The position numbers and the translations under genes were made by a program. A stretch of 38,911 nt of DNA from Candidatus Methylomirabilia bacterium (GTDB lineage Bacteria; Methylomirabilota; Methylomirabilia; Rokubacteriales; CSP1-6), in contig JBGQEL010000033.1 in assembly GCA_041496385.1 (NCBI GenBank), positions 1 to 38,911 on the forward strand, given 5' to 3'. The notes beneath the pieces are model-generated. The model made no database searches and was not told the origin of the DNA. It saw only the letters and a program-made list of their open reading frames with translations. Position 1 is the stretch's first letter; each line of letters begins with the position of its first letter. This document shows positions 27,371-37,617 of this stretch, one piece after another.

Positions 27371-28519
27371 ATGAAGATCTTCGACGCGCAGCACGACATG
27401 TTCCGGCAGACGGTGCGGAGCTTCGTCGAGAAGGAAGTGATGCCCCACGTCGAGGCGTGGGAGGCGGCGGGGCGGATCCCCAAGTCCATCTGGCCGCGCA
27501 TGGGCGAGCTCGGCCTGCTCGGCGTCGAGTACGACGAGAAGTACGGCGGCGCCGGCGCCGATCTCCTCACCACTGCCGTGCTGCACGAGGAGTGCGCGCG
27601 GTCGCGCTCGGGGTCCTTCGCCATGGCCGTCGGCGTCCACACCGACATGGCCTCGCCGCACCTCTACTGGACGGGGAGCGAGGCCCTGAAGGAGAAGTAC
27701 CTGCCCGCCATTTGCCGCGGCGAGAAGCTGACGGCGATCGCGGTGACCGAGCCGGGCGGTGGGAGCGATGTCGCCGCCATCCGCACACGGGCCGTCCGCG
27801 ACGGCGACCACTACGTGCTGAACGGCTCGAAGATGTTCATCACCAACGGCGCCCTGGCCGACGTCTACTTCGTGGCGGCGCGCGTCGAGCAGGGAGACGA
27901 GGGGCGCCGCCACAAGGGCATCTCCGTGTTCCTCGTCGAGCGCGAGACGCCCGGCTTCGGCGTGAGCCGCACGCTCGACAAGATGGGCATGCGCGCCTCG
28001 GACACCGCCGAGCTGTCCCTCCAGGACATGCGCGTGCCCGCCGAGCATCTGCTCGGGCGCGAGGGCGTCGGCTTCTACGAGGTGATGCGCGTCTTCCAGC
28101 GCGAGCGCCTCGTCGCCGGGCTGCACGCGGTCGCCATGTCGGAGCGGGCGCTCGAGGACACGCTGGCCTACGTGCGCCAGCGTCAGGCCTTCGGCGGCCC
28201 GCTCGCCGACAAGCAGGTGGTGCGTCACAAGCTGGCCGACCTGGCGACGCTCATCGAGGCCGGGCGCGCGCTCACCTACGCCGCGTGCCTCACGTTCCAG
28301 GCGGGCGACGAGGGGGTGCGCGAGATCTCGATGGTCAAGCTCTTCACCGCCGAGATGGCGCAGAAGGTCGCCTACGATTGCGTCCAGCTGCACGGCGGTT
28401 ACGGCTACATGCGCGAGTACCCGATCGAGCGCTTCGCCCGCGACGTCCGGCTCTTCACGATCGGCGGGGGTACGAGCGAGATCATGCGGGAGATCATCGC
28501 CAAGGCGCTCCTGCCGTGA
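27371..28519 (+). CDS. Acyl-CoA dehydrogenase
   Basis: AVTEPGGGSDV, LNGSKMFITNG, KMGMRASDT, QLHGGYGYMRE, IGGGTSEIM. Confidence 0.93.
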   Translation: MKIFDAQHDMFRQTVRSFVEKEVMPHVEAWEAAGRIPKSIWPRMGELGLLGVEYDEKYGGAGADLLTTAVLHEECARSRSGSFAMAVGVHTDMASPHLYWTGSEALKEKYLPAICRGEKLTAIAVTEPGGGSDVAAIRTRAVRDGDHYVLNGSKMFITNGALADVYFVAARVEQGDEGRRHKGISVFLVERETPGFGVSRTLDKMGMRASDTAELSLQDMRVPAEHLLGREGVGFYEVMRVFQRERLVAGLHAVAMSERALEDTLAYVRQRQAFGGPLADKQVVRHKLADLATLIEAGRALTYAACLTFQAGDEGVREISMVKLFTAEMAQKVAYDCVQLHGGYGYMREYPIERFARDVRLFTIGGGTSEIMREIIAKALLP

Positions 28520-29271
28520 GGCTCGCGGGCCGGGTCGCGATCGTCACGGGCGCGGCGAGCGGCATCGGGCGCGCGATCGCGGCGGCGCTGGCGCGCGAGG
28601 GTGCGCGGGTCGCCGTCGCCGACGTGAACGAGGCCGGCGGCGCCGACGCGGCGCACGCGATCGAGAAGGACGGCGGGATGGCGCGCGCCTGGCGGGTGGA
28701 CGTCACCGACGCGGGCGCGGTGGCCGCGATGGTCGGCGCCGTCGTGTCGCACTGGGGGGCCGTCGACGTCCTCGTGAACAACGCGGGCTGGGACACGCCA
28801 AAACCGTTCGTCGAGACCACGCCCGAGTTCTGGGACCGGATCCTGGCCGTCAACTTGCGCGGTCCGATCGCCTGCACGCACGCGGTCCTCCCGCACATGA
28901 TCCGCCGGGCGTCCGGCCGGATCGTCTCGATCGCCTCCGACGCCGGGCGCGTCGGCTCCACGGGCGAGGCGGTGTACTCGGCGGCGAAGGGCGGGATCAT
29001 CGCCTTCACGAAGACGATCGCGCGCGAGGTCGCGCGGCACCGCATCAACGTGAACTGCGTCTGCCCGGGCCCCTCCGACACGCCGCTCTTCCAGAGCGAG
29101 TTCGCCGCCACGAGCCCGAAGCTCGCCGAGAGCCTCAAGCGCGTGATCCCGTGGGGGCGCCTCGGGACGCCCGACGACGTGGCGCCCGCGGTCGTCTTCC
29201 TCGCCTCCGACGACGCCGGGTTCATCACGGGCCAGACCCTGTCGGTGTCCGGCGGTCTCACGATGGTCTGA
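28516..29271 (+). CDS. SDR oxidoreductase, BadH (2-hydroxycyclohexanecarboxyl-CoA dehydrogenase)-like
   Basis: TGAASGIG, NNAGWD, ASDAGRVGSTGEAVYSAAKGG, CPGPSDTPL, SVSGGLTM; GTGA overlap with the dehydrogenase stop. Confidence 0.85.
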   Translation: MRLAGRVAIVTGAASGIGRAIAAALAREGARVAVADVNEAGGADAAHAIEKDGGMARAWRVDVTDAGAVAAMVGAVVSHWGAVDVLVNNAGWDTPKPFVETTPEFWDRILAVNLRGPIACTHAVLPHMIRRASGRIVSIASDAGRVGSTGEAVYSAAKGGIIAFTKTIAREVARHRINVNCVCPGPSDTPLFQSEFAATSPKLAESLKRVIPWGRLGTPDDVAPAVVFLASDDAGFITGQTLSVSGGLTMV

Positions 29272-29275
29272 CGGC

Positions 29276-30118
29276 ATGCCTGCGCCCGACTTCGTCGCGA
29301 TCGGCCACGTCACGCTCGACCGCGTGGGCGAGGCGACGCGGCCGGGCGGCGCCGCCCTGTACGCCGCGGTCACCGCGCACCGCCTCGGCCTTTCGGTCGG
29401 CCTGCTCACGAGCCACGCCGGCGATTTCCCGCTCGACGCGGTGCCCCCACAGATCGAGGTCGTCACCGTGGACGCGCCAGCGACGACCCGCTTCGAGCAC
29501 CGCTACGACGCGGGCCTCCGGAGCTCCCTGGTGACCGGCCGGGCGCTCCCGCTCGGCGCGGCGGACGTTCCCGACGACTGGCTGGAGGCCCCGCTGGTGC
29601 TGCTGGCGCCGGTGCTCGACGAGGTCGACCCGCTGATCGCCGCCGAGTTCGCCGAGGGCGCCGTGGGCGCGGCCGCGCAGGGCTGGCTGCGCGCGATCGG
29701 CCGGGACGGCGCCGTGAGCCCGCGCGCCTGGGAGTCGCCCCGGCTGCTCCTGGAGAAGATCCAGACGCTCTTCCTCTCCACCGAGGACGTCCTCGGGCAG
29801 GAGGCGTCGGTCGTCGAGTGGCTCCAGCACCTCCCCATCGGCGCGCTCACCGCGGGCGCGCAGGGCGCCCTGCTCTTCGTGAACGGCGACCGCTACGAGG
29901 TCCGGCCGCGGCCGGCACGCGAGGTGGACCCCACGGGCGCCGGCGACGTCTTCGCCGCGACGTTCCTCGTCGAGTACCAGCGCACCGCCGATCCCTGGCA
30001 GGCCGCGGCCGCCGCGGCCTGCGCGGGCTCGCTCGCCGTCGAGGGCGAGGGCTGGGCCGCCGTGCCCGACCGCGCCGCGCTCGCGGACGCACTCGCCGAG
30101 TACGCTCGCGACGAGTGA
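29276..30118 (+). CDS. PfkB/ribokinase-family carbohydrate kinase
   Basis: IGHVTLD, PGGAALYA, DPTGAGDVFAA signature. Confidence 0.88.
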   Translation: MPAPDFVAIGHVTLDRVGEATRPGGAALYAAVTAHRLGLSVGLLTSHAGDFPLDAVPPQIEVVTVDAPATTRFEHRYDAGLRSSLVTGRALPLGAADVPDDWLEAPLVLLAPVLDEVDPLIAAEFAEGAVGAAAQGWLRAIGRDGAVSPRAWESPRLLLEKIQTLFLSTEDVLGQEASVVEWLQHLPIGALTAGAQGALLFVNGDRYEVRPRPAREVDPTGAGDVFAATFLVEYQRTADPWQAAAAAACAGSLAVEGEGWAAVPDRAALADALAEYARDE

Positions 30119-30123
30119 CGCGG

Positions 30124-30153
30124 TTGACACGTCTTCGCCGCAGGGACTAGGCT
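30124..30153 (+). promoter_or_regulatory. Sigma70-type promoter for transaldolase
   Basis: TTGACA 30124-30129, 18-nt spacer, TAGGCT 30148-30153; SD AGGAGG at 30161-30166. Confidence 0.6.
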
Positions 30154-30171
30154 GATCCTCAGGAGGGCGCC

Positions 30172-30822
30172 ATGAAAATCTTCCTCGATACCGCGAACGT
30201 GGCCGAGATCAAGGAGGGCGTCGCGCTCGGGCTCGTGGACGGCGTCACGACCAACCCGTCGCTGATCGCGAAGGAGAAGCGCCCCTTCCGGCCGCTCGTC
30301 GAGGAGATCTGCTCGATCGTGCCCGGCGACGTGAGCCTCGAGGTGGTCGCGACCGATTTCGACGGCATGGTGAAGGAGGGCGCGGAGCTGGCGCAGGTGG
30401 CCCCGAACGTCGTCGTCAAGTGCCCGCTCACGAAGGACGGGCTCAAGGCGGTGAAGTACCTCTCGGGCAAGGGGCTGCGCGTCAACCAGACGCTCTGCTT
30501 CTCGGCGACCCAGGCGCTCCTGTCGGCCAAGGCGGGCGCGTTCTACATCAGCCCCTTCCTGGGCCGCCTCGACGACATCGCCCACGTCGGCATGGACCTG
30601 ATCCGCGACATCTGCGAGATCTACCGGGTCCAGGGATACAAGACGCAGGTGCTCGCCGCCTCGATCCGCAATCCGCTGCACGTCGTCGACGCCGCCAAGG
30701 CGGGCGCGCACGTCGTGACGCTCCCGTTCGCGGTGCTCGAGCAGCTCATGAGGCACCCGCTGACGGACATCGGCCTCAAGAAGTTCCTCGACGACTGGGC
30801 GAAGCTCGGCGAGAAGATCTAG
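30172..30822 (+). CDS. tal: Transaldolase (short TalC/FSA family)
   Basis: [14 protein letters not shown], Schiff-base Lys in VVKCP; Glu in SLEV and Phe in SPFLGR indicate transaldolase rather than FSA. Confidence 0.92.
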   Translation: MKIFLDTANVAEIKEGVALGLVDGVTTNPSLIAKEKRPFRPLVEEICSIVPGDVSLEVVATDFDGMVKEGAELAQVAPNVVVKCPLTKDGLKAVKYLSGKGLRVNQTLCFSATQALLSAKAGAFYISPFLGRLDDIAHVGMDLIRDICEIYRVQGYKTQVLAASIRNPLHVVDAAKAGAHVVTLPFAVLEQLMRHPLTDIGLKKFLDDWAKLGEKI

Positions 30823-30833
30823 CGCCCGGCGGG

Positions 30834-31715
30834 TCAGAGCTTCGCGCGGACGCCGGCGGCGAACGACTCGTAGATCCGGGTCAGGTCGGCGAGGTCGCGG
30901 GCGCGGGACTCGAGGATCACGTGGGTCACGCCGAGCCCCGCGAGGGCCGTGATCTCGGCGAGCATCGCCGCGGGGTCCTGCTTCGCGGAGAGCCCGACCC
31001 GCGCGCTGATCGTCAACGACTTCGGGTCGCGTCCGGCCGTCCGGCAGGCCGCCTCCAGGTCGGCGAGGCTCGCCTTCATCTTCTCGGCGCTCGGAAACGC
31101 CGCGTGCCAGCCGTCGCCCAGCTCGGCCACGCGGCGCAACGCGCGCGGCGTGTGGCCGCCGATCCAGATCGGGATCGCCCGCCGCGCCGGCTTCGGCGCG
31201 ACGCCGAGCGCGTCGAAGCGGTGGAACTCGCCGCGGTACTCCACGCGCTCGTCCCGCCAGCAGGCGCGCATGATCCGCAGCGCCTCGTCGCTCCACGCCC
31301 CGCGCCGCGCGTAGGGCACGCCGAACAGCTCGATCTCCTCCTTCATCCAGCCGACGCCCGCGCCGCAGATCGTGCGGCCGGGCGCCAGGTGATCGAGCGT
31401 CGCGAACATCTTCGCGGCGAGCACCGGGTGGCGGTGGGGGAGGACGAGCACCGTCGTGCCGAGCTTGACCCGCTCGGTCACCCCGGCGACGAGCGCGAGC
31501 GCGACCATGGGCTCGAGGAAGTCGGTCGTCGGCGCCAGCGGAAAGGTGCCGGTCGCGCTGTACGGATACTTGGGATCGATCGCGTAGGGGATGACGACGT
31601 GGTCGCTCGCCCAGAGCGAGTCGTAGCCGAGCGCTTCCATCTTCGTGGCGAAGCCGAGCAGGACGTCGCGCGTGGCGGCGGGACCATAGACGGGCAGGTG
31701 GCAGCCGAACTCCAT
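30834..31715 (-). CDS. Luciferase-like (LLM class, putative F420-dependent) oxidoreductase
   Basis: GYDSLWASDH, LGTTVLVLPHRHP, GAGVGW, PIWIGG, GDGWH; start at MEFG. Confidence 0.88.
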   Translation of the reverse strand: MEFGCHLPVYGPAATRDVLLGFATKMEALGYDSLWASDHVVIPYAIDPKYPYSATGTFPLAPTTDFLEPMVALALVAGVTERVKLGTTVLVLPHRHPVLAAKMFATLDHLAPGRTICGAGVGWMKEEIELFGVPYARRGAWSDEALRIMRACWRDERVEYRGEFHRFDALGVAPKPARRAIPIWIGGHTPRALRRVAELGDGWHAAFPSAEKMKASLADLEAACRTAGRDPKSLTISARVGLSAKQDPAAMLAEITALAGLGVTHVILESRARDLADLTRIYESFAAGVRAKL

Positions 31716-31783
31716 CAAGCGGTCCACCGCCAGCGGCGGGCGCAAGCCACGAGGAGCATTCCGCGGGGGCGAGACATCCGGCG

Positions 31784-32767
31784 CTACTCGATCACGTCGT
31801 CAGCCCGGGCGAGCACGGACGGCGGGACGGTGACGCCGAGCGCCTTCGCGGTCTTGAGGTTGATCACCAGTTCGAACTTGGTCGGCTGCTCGATGGGGAT
31901 CTCGGCGGGTCTGCCGCCCTTCAGGATCTTGTCGACGAACGCCGCCGAGCGCTGGGCCATGTACACCAGGCTCGGGCCATAGGACATGAGAGCCCCGGCC
32001 CGCGTGAACTCGCGGAGGTCGCAGATCATGGGCAGGCGATTCTTCAGCGCATGCTCCGCGACGATTCTCCCGGAGAACGCCGAGAAGACCGGCTCCGTGA
32101 GCACGAGGACCCCCTGCGCGCGCTCGTCGCTCATGAGCTTGAAGGCGTGCTCGAGGTCGGCACCCTTTCGAACCGCAACCGACTGAAGCGTCAACCGCAG
32201 GATCTCGGCTGCCGCCTGGACCGCCCTGAACTCCGGAAGACCACCGGGGTTGTCCGGATTCCAGAGAACCGCCACGCGGGACACCGAGGGCACCGCCTCC
32301 TTGAGGATCTCCAGGCGCTTTGCCGCGAGCTCGCTGGTCAGGAACGTCATACCCGTGAGGTTGCCCCCGGGCCGGGCGAGGCTCGCCACGAGCCCGCTTC
32401 TCACCGCGTCCCCGGCAGCGATCATCACGATCGGGATGGTGGCGGTCGCGCGTCGGGCCGCGTGTATCGCCGGATCTCCGGCTGCCACGATCACGTCCAC
32501 CTTCCGCTGGACGAGATCGGCGGCAAGCGCCTCGACCGCGCCCGGCTTTCTCTCGCCGAAGCGAGGCTCGACCACGAACGTCTTTCCCTCGACATGGCCG
32601 AGCTCGCCCATCGCGCGCCGCGCCGCCTCGAGGTACGGCACGGCGAAATCGGCGTCGCCGCCCCAGAGCACGCCGATCCGCGCCGGCTTCGTTCCCGACT
32701 GGGCGACGGCGAGCAGAGGCAGTGCGATGCCAAGGGTGACGATGATCGCGGCTCTCAGGAACTTCAT
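31784..32767 (-). CDS. Orphan ABC substrate-binding protein (ABC_sub_bind type)
   Basis: GLVASLARPGGNLTG, GALMSYGP, PIEQPTKFELVINLKTAKALG, ARADDVIE; no permease genes adjacent. Confidence 0.9.
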   Translation of the reverse strand: MKFLRAAIIVTLGIALPLLAVAQSGTKPARIGVLWGGDADFAVPYLEAARRAMGELGHVEGKTFVVEPRFGERKPGAVEALAADLVQRKVDVIVAAGDPAIHAARRATATIPIVMIAAGDAVRSGLVASLARPGGNLTGMTFLTSELAAKRLEILKEAVPSVSRVAVLWNPDNPGGLPEFRAVQAAAEILRLTLQSVAVRKGADLEHAFKLMSDERAQGVLVLTEPVFSAFSGRIVAEHALKNRLPMICDLREFTRAGALMSYGPSLVYMAQRSAAFVDKILKGGRPAEIPIEQPTKFELVINLKTAKALGVTVPPSVLARADDVIE

Positions 32768-32768
32768 C

Positions 32769-34385
<1,617 letters not shown>

Positions 34386-34417
34386 CCCTGGCTCCCGGTG
34401 TCTCGAGCCGGCGCGCG

Positions 34418-36094
34418 CTACGGCCGGCCGCCGAGCGTCGCCGACGTGATGCGGGCGTCGCCGTCGCGCAGATACACGACGCGGATGGCGTCGCCGGGTT
34501 TCCGCTCGCGCAGCGCGGCACGGAGATCGTCGAAGCTGTCGACCGGCGCCCCGCCGAGACGGACGAGCACGTCGCCCTGACTGAGGCCCGCCTGCGCCGC
34601 GCCGCTGCCGGGCAGCACGCTGGCGATGCGGAGCCCGTCGCGCGCGGCGCGCGGCTCGACGACGATGCCGAGGAAGGCGCCGCCGGCGCCGCTCCCCTCG
34701 GCGCCGCCCTGGGCGCGGGCGCGCGGCGGGGGCGGCGCGACCCGCGCGTAGACGGGCCGCGCGCCGCCCGCGAGCCGCTCGATCGCGGCGACGGCGACGC
34801 GGCCGACCGCGGCCATCGCGTCGGCGTCGATCTTGTCGGCGGTATCCGTCGGCTTGTGATAGTCGGCGTGGACGCCCGTCGTGAAGAAGAGGACGGGGAC
34901 GCCCGCGTCGTAGAAGCGGCTGTGGTCGGACGGAGCCCAGGGGCTGCCCCGTTGCTCGAGGGCCACGCCGCCCGCGGGCGCGGACGCGGAGACCACGCCG
35001 GCGAGCCCGCCCGCGCTGTCGGTCCCGCCGACCATGAGCCGCCGCTCGCGCATGCGGCCGACCATGTCGAAGTTCAGCATCGCGACCGTCCGCGCGAGCG
35101 GAAGAGCCGGCTGGGTCACGTAGTGGCGCGAGCCGAGCAGGCCGAGCTCCTCGCCGCCGAACAGCGCGACGACGAGGGTGCGGCCGGCGCCGCCCGCGGC
35201 GGCGAAGGCCCGCGCGAGCCCGACGACCAGGGCCGTGCCCGATGCGTTGTCGTCGGCGCCGGGATGGACCACGCCGTCCTCGTACCCGAGGTGGTCGTAG
35301 TGGGCGCCGATCATGATCGCCTCGCCCGCGAGCGCCGGGTCGTCGCCCGGGAGGACGCCGACGACGTTGACCGCGCGCCGCTCGACGCTCGTGAGGTCCA
35401 CGCGAAGGCTCACGCGGTCGCCCGGCCGGAGGGCGCGCGCCGCCTCCCGCGTGAGCGTGGCCGACCGCAGTCCGACGCGGGCGCCCGTCGCCTCGAGCGA
35501 GGGGAGCGTGTCGGCCACGAGGAGGAGCGCGGCGGCGCCGCGCTGCCGCGCCGCGATCAGCTTGTCGAGGCGCGACGCGCGTCCGGCCAGCGCCGGCGGC
35601 CCGCCGTCGAGCGCCACGACGACCCGGTCGCGGACCTCGAGCCCCGCGTAGTCGTCGTGACTGCCGTCGTCGGCGACGACACCCCACCCCGCGAAGACGA
35701 CCTCGCCGGCGACCGATCCACCGGGCGAGCCGCCGTGCGGCATCCAGTCGCGTTCGACCTCGAAGCGGCGCGCCGCCCCTCCCGAGCGCGCGAGCTCGTT
35801 CGCGGGGCCCAGGCGGGGCTCGGTCGCGACGGCGAACGACTGGAAGAACGTCCCGTGCTCGCCGGCGGGCCGGAGACCCGCGGCCTCCAGCCACTGCGCG
35901 AGGCGCTGCGCGGCGCGGTCGCCGCCGGGCGTGCCCGACCGGCGCCCCGCCATCTCGGGCGCGGTGAGTGCCTCGACGTCGCGCAGGAGGCTCGGCGCGG
36001 AGGGCGGAATGGCGGCGCCGCGCGCGCCGAGGCTGGCCGCGCCGAGGAGCACGAGCGCGATCAGCGGCGGAAGGGGCGAACGGCGACCGGTCAC
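34418..36094 (-). CDS. Exported M28 metallopeptidase with PA and C-terminal PDZ domains
   Basis: GAHYDHLG, GADDNASG, GEELGLLGS, NFDMVG, SDH, YHKPTD; PA-like VVFAGWG; PDZ FLGI...AGLSQGD. Confidence 0.88.
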   Translation of the reverse strand: MTGRRSPLPPLIALVLLGAASLGARGAAIPPSAPSLLRDVEALTAPEMAGRRSGTPGGDRAAQRLAQWLEAAGLRPAGEHGTFFQSFAVATEPRLGPANELARSGGAARRFEVERDWMPHGGSPGGSVAGEVVFAGWGVVADDGSHDDYAGLEVRDRVVVALDGGPPALAGRASRLDKLIAARQRGAAALLLVADTLPSLEATGARVGLRSATLTREAARALRPGDRVSLRVDLTSVERRAVNVVGVLPGDDPALAGEAIMIGAHYDHLGYEDGVVHPGADDNASGTALVVGLARAFAAAGGAGRTLVVALFGGEELGLLGSRHYVTQPALPLARTVAMLNFDMVGRMRERRLMVGGTDSAGGLAGVVSASAPAGGVALEQRGSPWAPSDHSRFYDAGVPVLFFTTGVHADYHKPTDTADKIDADAMAAVGRVAVAAIERLAGGARPVYARVAPPPPRARAQGGAEGSGAGGAFLGIVVEPRAARDGLRIASVLPGSGAAQAGLSQGDVLVRLGGAPVDSFDDLRAALRERKPGDAIRVVYLRDGDARITSATLGGRP

Positions 36095-36101
36095 GGCGGG
36101 T

Positions 36102-36107
36102 ATTCTA
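36102..36107 (-). promoter_or_regulatory. -10 box for a probable leaderless transcript
   Basis: TAGAAT on the - strand 7 nt before the GTG start at 36094; no SD. Confidence 0.55.
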
Positions 36108-36130
36108 CTCCGACTGCGGTCGCGAGGAGA

Positions 36131-36646
36131 CTACGCCCTGACCGCGACGACGCGGCCCTGCGTCATCCGGACGAGGTCGGCCGGCGCCAGGCGGAAGACG
36201 GTCCTGGGGTGACCCGCCGCGGCCCAGATCTCCTCCCACTTCATCAGATCCTCGTCGACGAGCGCCGTGAGAGTCTCGGCGTGACCGAGCGGCGCCACGC
36301 CGCCGATCGCGAAGCCGGTGCGGGTGCGTACGAACGCGGCGTCGGCCTTCTCGACGGGCTCGGCGACGAGCGCGGCGACCTTCGCCTCGTCCACGCGGTT
36401 GACGCCGCTCGCCGCGACGAGCACGACGCGCGCCGTCTCGCGACCGCGGAAGACCAGCGACTTCACGATCTGGTCCACGCGGCAGCCAAGCGCGCGGGCG
36501 GCGTCGACGGCGGTGCGCGCCGACTCGGCCAGCTCGATCGCGCGGTGGCCGCCGCCCAGCGCGTCGAGCGCCTCCTGGACGCGCCGCACGCTCGGGCTCG
36601 CGAGCGCGCTCGGGGGAAGCACCGCCTCACCTCGGATTTCGGTCAT
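36131..36646 (-). CDS. ybaK: YbaK/EbsC family aminoacyl-tRNA deacylase
   Basis: RTAVDAARALGC..QIVKSLVF, TGFAIGGVAPLGH, WAAAGHP; true start may be GTG at 36622. Confidence 0.88.
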   Translation of the reverse strand: MTEIRGEAVLPPSALASPSVRRVQEALDALGGGHRAIELAESARTAVDAARALGCRVDQIVKSLVFRGRETARVVLVAASGVNRVDEAKVAALVAEPVEKADAAFVRTRTGFAIGGVAPLGHAETLTALVDEDLMKWEEIWAAAGHPRTVFRLAPADLVRMTQGRVVAVRA

Positions 36647-37617
36647 TTCACCGCTCGGCTCGGCGGGGGCACCGCCTCACCTCGCACGGCCGCTAGCTGC
36701 CCCAGGTGGTCGAGGTCGTGGTCGGTGACGTGGGTGGCGTACTGGGCCAGTGTCACCGGCCCGAAGTGGGCCGAGAGGCCGACGCGCGCCACGGCCGAGT
36801 CGGGCAGCGCCTCGAGGAAGGCGATCGTCCGCGCGCGCGCGGCGGCGAACTCCTCGAGGTCGCGCGCGAAGCTGCCCTCGCGATGATCGCGCGAGCGCGC
36901 CCAGGCCTCGGGGTCGAACGACTCGAACCGCGGCCGCTCCTCCTCGAGGATCCGGCGCAGGCGCGGCAGGAAGAGGTCACGCTCGAGGTCGCGCAGGTGG
37001 GCGAGGACCTCCTTCATGGACCACTCGCCCTCCTCGGGCCGTCGTCGCAGCCGATCCGCGTCGAGCCCCTTCGCGATCTCGGCCACGCGCGCCGGGGTCG
37101 TGCGGAGCGCGGCGACGAGCGCGGGGACCGCCAGCGGCAGCCGCGCCTCGCATCGCCGCGGGAGCAGCCCGAGCACCGCGCGGGCGGCGTGGATCTGGTG
37201 CAGGTGCTCCGTATCGTGGTCGGCCATCGTCGTCGCGTAGCGCTCGACGCTGAGGAGGCCGCGGCTCGGGCTCGCGCCCTCCCGGCGCCAGCCCGCGTCG
37301 TCGAGCCCGGCGAGGATCTCGACGGCCTGGCCGCGGGCCTTGGCGAAGACGTCGAGCAGCGTGGCGAGGTCGGACGCGTCGCCGGCCTGCGGCCGCCGCG
37401 CGGCGAAGGCCGGCCGCGTCTCGGCGAGCATGCGCCGCAGGCGGGGCACGAAGACGTCGCGGTCGCCCTCGACCAGGTGGCGGACGACGTCGGTGACGGA
37501 CCACTCCCCGGGCGCGGGCGGCGTCGCCGCCTGCGCGGCGGTGGCGTCGGCCGTGAGGAGACGGAGGAGGCCGGGCGTCGCCCGCATCGAGGCGACGACG
37601 AGGGCGCGGTCGTTCAT
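36643..37617 (-). CDS. Tandem two-domain DinB-family protein
   Basis: Two repeats of WS...HL...H-D-x-x-H (WSVTDVVRHL/DHDTEH; WSMKEVLAHL/DHDLDH); ATGA overlaps on both sides. Confidence 0.85.
   Translation of the reverse strand: MNDRALVVASMRATPGLLRLLTADATAAQAATPPAPGEWSVTDVVRHLVEGDRDVFVPRLRRMLAETRPAFAARRPQAGDASDLATLLDVFAKARGQAVEILAGLDDAGWRREGASPSRGLLSVERYATTMADHDTEHLHQIHAARAVLGLLPRRCEARLPLAVPALVAALRTTPARVAEIAKGLDADRLRRRPEEGEWSMKEVLAHLRDLERDLFLPRLRRILEEERPRFESFDPEAWARSRDHREGSFARDLEEFAAARARTIAFLEALPDSAVARVGLSAHFGPVTLAQYATHVTDHDLDHLGQLAAVRGEAVPPPSRAVK

Noticed and set aside
30172..30822. Fructose-6-phosphate aldolase call
   Set aside because: Diagnostic Glu (SLEV) and Phe (SPF) match transaldolase, not the Gln/Tyr of FSA.
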